A stretch of DNA of 56,062 nt, filler included, from Chthonomonadaceae bacterium (GTDB taxonomy: Bacteria; Armatimonadota; Chthonomonadetes; Chthonomonadales; Chthonomonadaceae), in assembly GCA_035650735.1 (NCBI GenBank). It is 3 parts of 3 records of this genome, joined end to end, with 100 filler letters (N's around TTAATTAATTAA, not from the genome) between each part and the next. Parts side by side here need not be neighbours in the genome. Positions count along the whole stretch, not along the records: positions 19,829 to 38,483 come from DASRGZ010000207.1; 2 more parts are not named here. One strand, 5' to 3'. The notes under the pieces are model-generated. The model worked only from the letters and a program-made list of their open reading frames with translations, was not told the origin of the DNA and ran no database searches. This document shows positions 27,052-35,178 of this stretch, one piece after another. Every line of letters begins with the position of its first letter. The first letter of the stretch is position 1. Made by a program: the position numbers and the translations under genes.

Positions 27052-29553
27052 ATGAATCGAGCTTTGGCCGCGCTTGTCGGGCTGCTGCTCTTGATGACGC
27101 CTTGCGCCTGGGCGCAGGCGCAGGCCCTCAACTCCAACACGGGGTTTGAAACCGTTGTCAACGGCAGCGCCTCTGGCTGGTCGCCCTACTGGCAGGGCTA
27201 CGTGGTCGATTCCACCGTCCGTCACTCCGGCGTCAACAGCATCAAGTGCGTCAACACCGCAACCACCGACCGCCGCGGCGCCTTCGTCCTTATTACCCTC
27301 AACCAGACGACGGCGACCCCGCTCTCCATCACGGGCTGGAGCAAAGCCTCCGGCGTCAGCGGCTCGGCGGACAGCTTCTACTCCATCTATGCGAGCATGA
27401 CCTATACCGACGGCACGACGGCGGACAAATATACTCCCTTCGCGACCGGCACCCATGATTGGCAAAGCGTGGAAGTAAAGCTCACGCCCACCAAGCCGGT
27501 GCGCTCGGTCAAGCTGCACGTCCTCTTAAACCGCCATCTCGGCACGGTCTGGTTTGACGACGTGGTGATGGTTAGCCTTGCCAACCGCGTCTTCGATAAC
27601 CAGACACTGACCATCCCGCAGCTTCCTTCCGGTTCCACAAGCGGCTGGTTCGTGCGGGACGTAGCCGCCAACTCCGACGTGCTGCCCCTGCTGACCGATA
27701 CGGGCGTGGTCGGTAGCGCGGCCCAGCAGCTGCATTTGCAGTTGACCAACGTGCAGACGGACCCGACCGGCCAGATCGTGCAGGCGCGCCTGGCGGATAC
27801 CTCCGGCAAGACGCGCGCCGTGACGCTCTATTACGTCGAGAAGTTCACCGGCGCCAATCTTCTGTGGTGGAACGATAATCGTAGCTCCACGCTTGCCGGC
27901 GGCGAATGCACCAACCTGACCAACCTGTTTGGCCGGATCAGCAACATCGGCGCCACCGGCACGATGTCGCTCTATCCGTTCGGATGCGTCACCAGCAGCA
28001 CGAGCGGGCGCGCCGTCGGCGTGCCGCCGCTGCTGGGACCGCGCATCACGCGCATCGGCTACAACAGCTACGGCAGCCTGCTGTATGTGGCGTTTGATCT
28101 AGCCTTGCAGAGCACCAGCGCCTTCAACAGCGACGGCGCCGGGCATGGCTTTGCCGATGTCGGCATCGTCCGCTATGCTGTGGACCCGAGCTGGGGCTTC
28201 CGCTCTGCGTCGGCCACCTACTACCGCCTGTTTCCGAGCGCCTTTCAGCGCCGCACAAACGTCGAGGGCATCTGGCTGCCCTACGCCGATCCGAGCACAA
28301 TCACTAACCCGCAGGATTTCGGCTTTGGCTACCACGATAACAATAAGGCCCTTGCCATTGACAAGACCCTGGGCATCCTCAATTTCAACTATTCGGAGCC
28401 GCAGACCTACTGGATGCCGATGGCCTCCACCACGCCGCGCACCTATAGCGCCGCCCTCAACCAGATACAGCAGGATCTGGCCGGCACAGACCCGATCAAG
28501 AAAGAGTGGGCACAGGCGGTATTCAATTCCGGCACCAAGAACCTTAGCGGCCTGTTCAACGTCTTCTTCCAGAACCAGACCTGGTGCAATGGCGCCGTCT
28601 GGATCCTTAATCCCAATCCATATATCCCGTACACGCCGGGTCAGTGGACGAAGGCGCGCATTATGTACTCCCCGGAGATCGCCAATCAGCGCTACAGCAC
28701 CACACAAACGCTGACCTTTGACGGCGAGTTCCTGGATTCCCTGGAAGGCTACACGTCCTTTACTGCGACGGATTTCAACCCGGTGAGCCTGCAATATGCC
28801 AAGGTGCCCGCCACTTTCACGCGGGATACCCGGCGTGCGGTGCTGCCGATCTGGTTTGGCGTCTATGAGATGGCTGCCTATATGAGCAACGACCTGCATC
28901 AGCGCGGTAAGGTGCTTATGGCCAACGGCACGCCCTGGTTTACCCCCAACTTCCTGCCCCTGCTCGACACGGCGGCAGGCGAGGTGACCTGGCTGATCAA
29001 TGGGGTGTATACGCCCGATACGGATGCGCTGTTCAATTACCGCCGAACGCTGGCCTACCACAAGCCCTACCATCTGGCGCAGGAGACCGATTTCACTGCG
29101 TTCGGTCCCTACGTAGAGAGATACTTCCAGCGCTGCATGTTCTACGGCATCTATCCGAGCTTCTATGCTCCGCAGCAAGCCAGCAACTACTGGACGACGC
29201 CCACTCTCTACAATCGGGATCGACCGCTCTTCGTCAAATATATCCCGGTCATTCGCAGCCTATCGGCAGCCGGTTGGGAGCCGATCACCTATGCGCGCTC
29301 CAGCAATCCGGCTGTCTATGTGGAGCGCTTTGGCGGGACGTACCTGACCGTGATGAACGACTCTAACACCGCGGCCACGACCACGCTAGCGATTGATTTC
29401 ACGCGCTTCCCCCTGGCGTTCACCGCTTCGTCGGTGAAAGTCGTGAATAAGCTAACGGGCGCGGTGCTGGCAACAGTTCCGACAACCGGCACGGCCAGCC
29501 TGACCCTGACCTTAAACGCCGGTCAGACGCAGGTGCTGCAACTGACGCCTTAA
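27052..29553 (+). CDS. Secreted protein with N-terminal CBM-like domain and possible glycoside-hydrolase-like core
   Basis: SD AAGGAGG, Sec signal, NTGFE...HSG...VWFDDV jelly-roll signature, aromatic-rich core with DGEFLDSLE. Confidence 0.6.
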   Translation: MNRALAALVGLLLLMTPCAWAQAQALNSNTGFETVVNGSASGWSPYWQGYVVDSTVRHSGVNSIKCVNTATTDRRGAFVLITLNQTTATPLSITGWSKASGVSGSADSFYSIYASMTYTDGTTADKYTPFATGTHDWQSVEVKLTPTKPVRSVKLHVLLNRHLGTVWFDDVVMVSLANRVFDNQTLTIPQLPSGSTSGWFVRDVAANSDVLPLLTDTGVVGSAAQQLHLQLTNVQTDPTGQIVQARLADTSGKTRAVTLYYVEKFTGANLLWWNDNRSSTLAGGECTNLTNLFGRISNIGATGTMSLYPFGCVTSSTSGRAVGVPPLLGPRITRIGYNSYGSLLYVAFDLALQSTSAFNSDGAGHGFADVGIVRYAVDPSWGFRSASATYYRLFPSAFQRRTNVEGIWLPYADPSTITNPQDFGFGYHDNNKALAIDKTLGILNFNYSEPQTYWMPMASTTPRTYSAALNQIQQDLAGTDPIKKEWAQAVFNSGTKNLSGLFNVFFQNQTWCNGAVWILNPNPYIPYTPGQWTKARIMYSPEIANQRYSTTQTLTFDGEFLDSLEGYTSFTATDFNPVSLQYAKVPATFTRDTRRAVLPIWFGVYEMAAYMSNDLHQRGKVLMANGTPWFTPNFLPLLDTAAGEVTWLINGVYTPDTDALFNYRRTLAYHKPYHLAQETDFTAFGPYVERYFQRCMFYGIYPSFYAPQQASNYWTTPTLYNRDRPLFVKYIPVIRSLSAAGWEPITYARSSNPAVYVERFGGTYLTVMNDSNTAATTTLAIDFTRFPLAFTASSVKVVNKLTGAVLATVPTTGTASLTLTLNAGQTQVLQLTP

Positions 29554-29579
29554 GGGAGAGAGCGTACTCGCCTTACTTC

Positions 29580-29628
29580 AGCCTGATCCTCCGGTTGGAA
29601 GCCTCACTTCCAATCGGGGGATCAGGCT
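29580..29628. terminator. Long hairpin between convergent genes
   Basis: AGCCTGATCCTCCGGTTGGAAG-CCTCA-CTTCCAATCGGGGGATCAGGCT. Confidence 0.5.
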
Positions 29629-29661
29629 AAACTTTATCAAGTCTGCCTCTCACTCCTAGTC

Positions 29662-30011
29662 TTCAAGGGCGGGCCCTTGTTTTCGACGGGCTAAAGCCCT
29701 TCGCTTGGTGGCCTACGGCCTAGTGACTGCTAGAGGGTCGGCGCTCAACGGTTCGCGCCTCCGCCTAGCGAGGCCCTTGCCGACACCCCCTTGCGATAGG
29801 TTGTTTGGTGTCCCCGCAGGGGTCGCTAGGTGTCGCGAGGCGGAGGGCTGTGGCAAGGCGGAGGCAGGGGCCGTAACCCTGCCGACCCTGGCAGTCCATT
29901 GCAGGCCCGACCCTAGCAGTCACGGAGCCGAAGGCTACAAAGCGAAGGAATTCTATTCCGTCGCTAACAGCGATCTGTTCCGTCGCTAACAGCGATCTGT
30001 CCGCCCTTGAA
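29662..30011. repeat. 350-bp nested imperfect palindrome built from the REP-like modules
   Basis: Ends TTCAAGGGCGG / CCGCCCTTGAA; inner arms GACTGCTAG(A)GGGTCGG / CCGACCCTAGCAGTC; 22-bp tandem duplication at 29956-29999. Confidence 0.8.
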
Positions 30012-30031
30012 CCTCCTAATCGGGGATCAGG

Positions 30032-31249
30032 CTAAACTTCATCACCGGTCTGGACGGGAACCATGATATCGAACGGGACGGGCTGCGTGGAGGAGGCGGC
30101 CTTGGCTGGCAGCACATCAAAGTGCAGGCGGATAACGTCCGTGCCGTGCCCGGCGCCGTTGACCGGGGCGACCCAGACGGTTCCGCGCCCGGCGTTGCGT
30201 GCGTCGTTCTCTTCCAGCGTTTGCAGTGGGGACAGGGTTTCGCTATCGGGCAGCAGGGAGATGCCGTAGGGATCGGTGATAGTCAGGGGACGGTAGGCCG
30301 TTGCGCTGGCGAAGCCGCCGGGGAAAGTGGGCGTAATTGTGGCGCGCGGTGCGTTAAAGGGCCGGAAAAGCTGCGCGATGCCGGAACGAGGGCGGCGCGT
30401 TCTCATTATCTGGTTCCGATACCAGTAAAGCAGCAGGTGATTGGAGCCTTGTCCGGCGCTAACGCTGGTGAGCGTGGGGGGAAGCTCCACATTGGAATTG
30501 GCGAGCTCGCCGCCCTGAATTTTCAAGCGGAACGTCAGTTCGCGCTGTCCGCCGCTGAGGCCGCTGAGGTTGGGCGCGCTCAGCCGCGCCTCGCTGACGG
30601 TGGCCGTGATGCCCTGATTGCTTACCGAGATGGGGCCGTGCGGCAGGGTATTGGCCGGCGGCAGAAGGCGCGGCGCGGGCGGCAGGTCAATGGTGAAGAC
30701 CATCGGCGCGGAAACCGGATGCGGCGGGGCCGGCTGGCGGGGCATCCAGTGGACGGCGCAGAGGATGCGGCGTGCGGCATGGTCATAGCCCGGCAGGTAG
30801 ACTCCAACGTACTTATCGTGGATATCCAGGTAGCCGTGATAGGGCTGGTCGAGGTCGTCCACAAAGGCGGTTTCGCCGATGCGATGACATTCTAGCAGAG
30901 AGTGATTGGGCAGGAAGCTCTGGTAGTCAAACCAGATTTCCAGGCTGCCAGGGTCGCCGCTATAGCGGCTGGTGAGCACCCGGTAATCACCCAGCCCGTG
31001 GAAACCATGCGCGTTGAGCCACTGCTGCAGCGTGGAGCCGCGCGTCAGCGTGTGCTGCTTGCCGTAGGTGACGCCGAGCATCCAGACCGTTGCCACGCGG
31101 GGATCGGTCTGCATCTGGGCGCGGCGGCGGCTGTCATTGAGGAAATAGAGGCTGATGGCCGTTAGGCAGCCGAGCGTCAGCAGCGCGGTAGCGGCGGCGA
31201 GAAGGCCGCGCAAAGTACGCACTCGTCGTGTCAGAATTACCCTTGCCAT
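30032..31249 (-). CDS. Hypothetical membrane-anchored protein
   Basis: 405-aa ORF with N-terminal basic stretch and TM helix; family not recognised. Confidence 0.7.
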   Translation of the reverse strand: MARVILTRRVRTLRGLLAAATALLTLGCLTAISLYFLNDSRRRAQMQTDPRVATVWMLGVTYGKQHTLTRGSTLQQWLNAHGFHGLGDYRVLTSRYSGDPGSLEIWFDYQSFLPNHSLLECHRIGETAFVDDLDQPYHGYLDIHDKYVGVYLPGYDHAARRILCAVHWMPRQPAPPHPVSAPMVFTIDLPPAPRLLPPANTLPHGPISVSNQGITATVSEARLSAPNLSGLSGGQRELTFRLKIQGGELANSNVELPPTLTSVSAGQGSNHLLLYWYRNQIMRTRRPRSGIAQLFRPFNAPRATITPTFPGGFASATAYRPLTITDPYGISLLPDSETLSPLQTLEENDARNAGRGTVWVAPVNGAGHGTDVIRLHFDVLPAKAASSTQPVPFDIMVPVQTGDEV

Positions 31250-31414
31250 GCGCCTTACCTGGAGAAGCGAATGAGATCGTGAATCCTATGCAGGCGGCTC
31301 CGCCCTAAGCTGCCCTGGCCTCCACTCTCTCATCCCTGGAGACTACGGCGATGTAAATCCTACGCGGGCGCCTCTGCCTTGAGTTCCACAGACCGCGTTA
31401 AGTCAGGGGAGACG

Positions 31415-32452
31415 TCACCGCATTCCCATCGCCTCATAGACCCGACGCAGGGTCTCCTGCGCGACGGCAGAGGCCCTCTCCGCGCCGTCCTTAAGGATGC
31501 GCTCCAACTCGGCGGGATCGGCAAGCAGCTCGGTGCGGCGCCGCCGGATCGGCTCCAGGACGGCGTTGAGGATCTCGGTTAGCTCCTTCTTGTTCTGCAC
31601 GCAGCCGCGCAAACCCTGGCGATCCTCCTCCCAGGAGGTCTGGTAACCCTCCGGGTCGTAGACGCGGCGCAACTGGCAGACAACGCAGTTTTCGGGCACG
31701 CCGGGATCGGTCTTGCGGATCTTGGTCGGCGTGGTGAAGGCGTTTTTGATCTTCTCGGCGACCACCTCGGCGCTGTCGGACAGGTAGATGGCGTTGTCGT
31801 AGGATTTGCTCATCTTGCGCCCGTCCAGGCCCGGCACCACCGCCGTTACCTCGTTGATGACCGCTTGCGGCTCCGGGAAGACTTCGCCATAAAGCCGGTT
31901 GAAGCGGCGGGTGATCTCGCGGCAGATCTCCAGGTGCGCGGCCTGATCCCTGCCGACCGGAACCGCGTCGGCGCGGTAGGCCAGGATGTCGGCGGTCATC
32001 AGCACCGGGTAGCCCAGCAGGCCGTAAGAGACCGACTCATCGCCCCCACCGCGCGATTCCATTAGGTCACGCTTCTCCTTGAAGGTTGGGACGCGCTCCA
32101 GCCAGCCGAGCGGCGTAATCATCGAGAGCAGCAGGTGTAGCTCGGCATGCTGCTTGACATGGCTTTGCAGGAAGATCGCGCACTTCTGCGGGTCGAGGCC
32201 GCTGGCGATATAGTCGGCGGCCACCTCGCGGGCGATGCGCGAGACCTGGCCGGGCTGCTCGTAGCCAGTGGTCAGCGCGTGCCAGTCGGCGACGCAGCAG
32301 AACATCTCGTACTGATCTTGCAGGCGCACCCAGCTGCGCAGCGCGCCCTCCAGGTTGCCCAGGTGCAGCGAGCGCGTTCCGGTCGCCTGCATGGCACTCA
32401 ACAGGCGTTTGGTCTTGGTAGTCGGCATCGTTGGTGCGGGCGCTTGAACCAT
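31415..32452 (-). CDS. trpS: Tryptophan--tRNA ligase
   Basis: LHLGN, ADWHALT, GYPVLMTADIL, VPVGRDQ, KMSKS. Confidence 0.97.
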   Translation of the reverse strand: MVQAPAPTMPTTKTKRLLSAMQATGTRSLHLGNLEGALRSWVRLQDQYEMFCCVADWHALTTGYEQPGQVSRIAREVAADYIASGLDPQKCAIFLQSHVKQHAELHLLLSMITPLGWLERVPTFKEKRDLMESRGGGDESVSYGLLGYPVLMTADILAYRADAVPVGRDQAAHLEICREITRRFNRLYGEVFPEPQAVINEVTAVVPGLDGRKMSKSYDNAIYLSDSAEVVAEKIKNAFTTPTKIRKTDPGVPENCVVCQLRRVYDPEGYQTSWEEDRQGLRGCVQNKKELTEILNAVLEPIRRRRTELLADPAELERILKDGAERASAVAQETLRRVYEAMGMR

Positions 32453-32469
32453 GCCCTTAAACCCTTTCT

Positions 32470-33132
32470 TTACTGCACTACTCCGGAGGGCAAGCCCAGG
32501 ATAAGGCTCACGGAACTGGAGACGGCAGGGCCTACGACCGTGCTGAGAATTCCCGATCCAGAGAAACAAACCAGCAGGAGGACGATTGGCCCCCACTGCA
32601 TCATAAAGCGGGAATACGGTACGGCCAGATTGGTCGGCAAAAGGCCGCGCAGAATATGGCTGCCATCCAGAGGATAGATCGGTATCAGATTGAAGAACAT
32701 CAGGGCCAGGTTGACGATCAGAAATTCCTGGGCGAATTCTCCAAACAGAGAATGCAGCAGCGCCTCATTGTCTGCTGCGATGGCCATGCGCAAAATCAGG
32801 CCGAAGACCAGCGCGATCAGCAGGTTCATCAGCGGGCCGCACGCCGTCACGATAATATCGTCACGGCGCGGGTTCTTAAAGTTCCTCGGATTGATCATAA
32901 CTGGTTTTCCCCAGCCAATGCCGAAGCCGGCCAGCATGGTAAAGACGATCATGATAAACCCGAACGGCTCAAAATGCTTATCCGGCCAGAGGGTCACTCG
33001 TCCATCGCGGCGCGGCGTAGCGTCGCCTAGGCGGTCGGCAGAGAAAGCATGGCCGAACTCGTGCAGCGCGATGCTAACGATGAGCACGACCAGGCCGATG
33101 ATAAATTGCCGGGGTTCAAAGTTATGAAACAT
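32470..33132 (-). CDS. Site-2 protease (M50 family)
   Basis: HEFGH, GWGKPV, FNLIPIYPLDG. Confidence 0.93.
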   Translation of the reverse strand: MFHNFEPRQFIIGLVVLIVSIALHEFGHAFSADRLGDATPRRDGRVTLWPDKHFEPFGFIMIVFTMLAGFGIGWGKPVMINPRNFKNPRRDDIIVTACGPLMNLLIALVFGLILRMAIAADNEALLHSLFGEFAQEFLIVNLALMFFNLIPIYPLDGSHILRGLLPTNLAVPYSRFMMQWGPIVLLLVCFSGSGILSTVVGPAVSSSVSLILGLPSGVVQ

Positions 33133-33205
33133 ATTCTGTTGACTTTCTCTGGCGCAATAGAGCCAGTTCTTATCCGGGCGCTCTCCACAGGCATCCGCCG
33201 GGCCG

Positions 33206-33350
33206 CCACCCCTCAAGGGGTGGACTGCGGACGGCAAGCCCCATCAATGGGGCTGCCAGAGGGGGGTTAGTCCCCTTCAAGGCTGCAAGAAGGGAGATTA
33301 GCCCCCTTCAGGGGGCTTGCCGCCCACAGCCCGGTCCTTTAGGGCCGGGC
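33206..33350. repeat. REP doublet (REPIN-like), copy 2
   Basis: Same four-hairpin inverted layout and CTGCGGACGGCAA linker as 12568-12716. Confidence 0.75.
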
Positions 33351-33386
33351 TTCCGGCCCGCAGGCCCCACTAAGGCGCGACCGCCA

Positions 33387-34772
33387 TCAGGCCACGGTTT
33401 GCGGCTGCCTGGCTTCGCCCTGCTCCCTGAGGAACACGGATGGGGCCTCGGCGCGCAGGCGGGCCGGAATACAATCGTGCCGGACGAGATCCTCCAGGGT
33501 TTCCCGCTCGACGATGAGATCGGCCTGCCCGTTGGCCACCAGCACGACGGCAGGCCGCAGGAAGCGATTGTAGTTGCTTGCCATCGCGTAGTTGTAGGCG
33601 CCGGTGGTCTGTACGGCCAGCAGGTCGCCGGGTTCCGGCTGGGCCAGGCGCGCATTCCAGATTAAAATATCGGTCTCACAGTGCTTGCCAGCGATGGTGA
33701 CGACCTGATCGGCGGGCTGGTCGGCTTTGTTCGCCAGCAGACACTCGTAGACAGCCTCGTAAAGCTGCGGGCGCGGGTTGTCCGACATGCCCCCATCAAT
33801 CGAGACGTAGGTGCGCGTGCCGGGCGCTTCCGTGATCGGCACGGTTTTGATGGCCCCCACAGTGTAGAGCGTGGTGCCGGCCTCGCCGACCAGCGCGCGC
33901 CCCGGCTCCTGAAGCAACTTCGGGTAGGGCAGGTCAGCTTTCTCTAGCGCCGCCTTGAGCGTGGTGGTGATGCGCTCGGCGAACTCCTCGTAGCTGGGCG
34001 GGCGGTGGCTGGAGAGATAGCGCACGCCCAGGCCGCCCCCGATGTTAAGCTCCGCGACCGAAGCGCCCGTTTCCGCGCGAATGGTCTGCATCAGCCGCAC
34101 CATGATCTCTACGGCCTGCTCATGCGTCTCGGTTTCCAGAAGCTGCGACCCGACGTGGCAGTGGATGCCCCGGAAGCGCAGACCCGGCGTCTTGAGCACC
34201 TGCCGCACGGCCTCCAGCGCGCTGCCATCGGAGATATTGAATCCGAACTTGGTGTCGGCCTGCCCGGTACGAATCAGCCGGTGCGTATGCGGGTCCACGC
34301 CTGGCGTGGCGCGCACCAGCACCTCCATCTGCGTCCCTTGCTCGGCCACGACCTCTCCGAGCAGCGCGATCTCCGGGAAGTTATCCAGGATGATATGCCC
34401 GATGCGGCTGGAGACGGCCAACTCCAATTCGGCGCGGGATTTGTTGTTGCCGTGCAGGGCCAGGCGCTCGGCGGGGAAGCCGGCCCGAAGCGCCGTGTAG
34501 AGTTCGCCCAGCGAGGCGACATCCATGCTCAGCCCTTCCTGCGCGATCAGGCAGGCCATCGCCATCGTCAGGAACGCCTTGCTGGCAAAGTAGATCTCGT
34601 TGTGCGCGTAGCATGCGGCGAACGCGGCTTTGTAGGCCCGGCAGTTGGCGCGTATGGCCGCTTCATCCATGACGTAGAGCGGCGTGCCGAATTGCGCGGC
34701 AAGCTCCGTAGCGTCACAGCCGCCGATCTCCAGATGGCCTGCCGCGTTGACCCGTTGCGTTCCCAGGAGCAT
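33387..34772 (-). CDS. lysA: Diaminopimelate decarboxylase
   Basis: FGTPLYV, FASKAF, HGNNKS, KFG, HCHVGSQ, EPGRALV, GKHCETD, MASNYN. Confidence 0.96.
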   Translation of the reverse strand: MLLGTQRVNAAGHLEIGGCDATELAAQFGTPLYVMDEAAIRANCRAYKAAFAACYAHNEIYFASKAFLTMAMACLIAQEGLSMDVASLGELYTALRAGFPAERLALHGNNKSRAELELAVSSRIGHIILDNFPEIALLGEVVAEQGTQMEVLVRATPGVDPHTHRLIRTGQADTKFGFNISDGSALEAVRQVLKTPGLRFRGIHCHVGSQLLETETHEQAVEIMVRLMQTIRAETGASVAELNIGGGLGVRYLSSHRPPSYEEFAERITTTLKAALEKADLPYPKLLQEPGRALVGEAGTTLYTVGAIKTVPITEAPGTRTYVSIDGGMSDNPRPQLYEAVYECLLANKADQPADQVVTIAGKHCETDILIWNARLAQPEPGDLLAVQTTGAYNYAMASNYNRFLRPAVVLVANGQADLIVERETLEDLVRHDCIPARLRAEAPSVFLREQGEARQPQTVA

Positions 34773-34847
34773 GATTCGGTCGTCTTTCCTTTCCTCAAAT
34801 CCGGGAAGGCCGTCCTGGACAGCCAAAAGACGGCTTGATTACACGCG

Positions 34848-34883
34848 AAAAAAACGAACCGCACCGAACGGTTCGGTCGGTTC
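34848..34883 (-). terminator. Intrinsic terminator in the lysA leader
   Basis: GAACCGACCGAA-CCG-TTCGGTGCGGTTC followed by G and T7 on the minus strand. Confidence 0.7.
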
Positions 34884-34908
34884 CCCAAAGGCTCTAATTG
34901 CTGAGGGT

Positions 34909-34937
34909 AGTGTACCCAAACTCCCCTGCCTTGTCAA
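34909..34937 (-). promoter_or_regulatory. Sigma70 promoter upstream of lysA
   Basis: TTGACA-N17-TACACT. Confidence 0.7.
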
Positions 34938-35178
34938 GCCAACAGAAAGCCATTCCGCTCCGACAGAAGCTCCAGAAGCAAGGAGAAATGCACCGCGAAG
35001 GGCTAACACAACTTGTCTAACCAGGAACTCAGGAACGCATAGGTACCTTGCCTCAAGATGCGACTTGCGCGATGACCCAAATTCCGTTATTATTCTGGTA
35101 AAGCATGGATTTGTGCCGGGCCATGAATAACCCGGCTGCGTATCGGGAGTAAGACTAAGCAGGACGAGGAAAGCAGTC

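Noticed and set aside
34773..34905. Lysine riboswitch or T-box upstream of lysA
   Set aside because: Leader too short and lacks the conserved motifs; kept only as a terminator-containing leader
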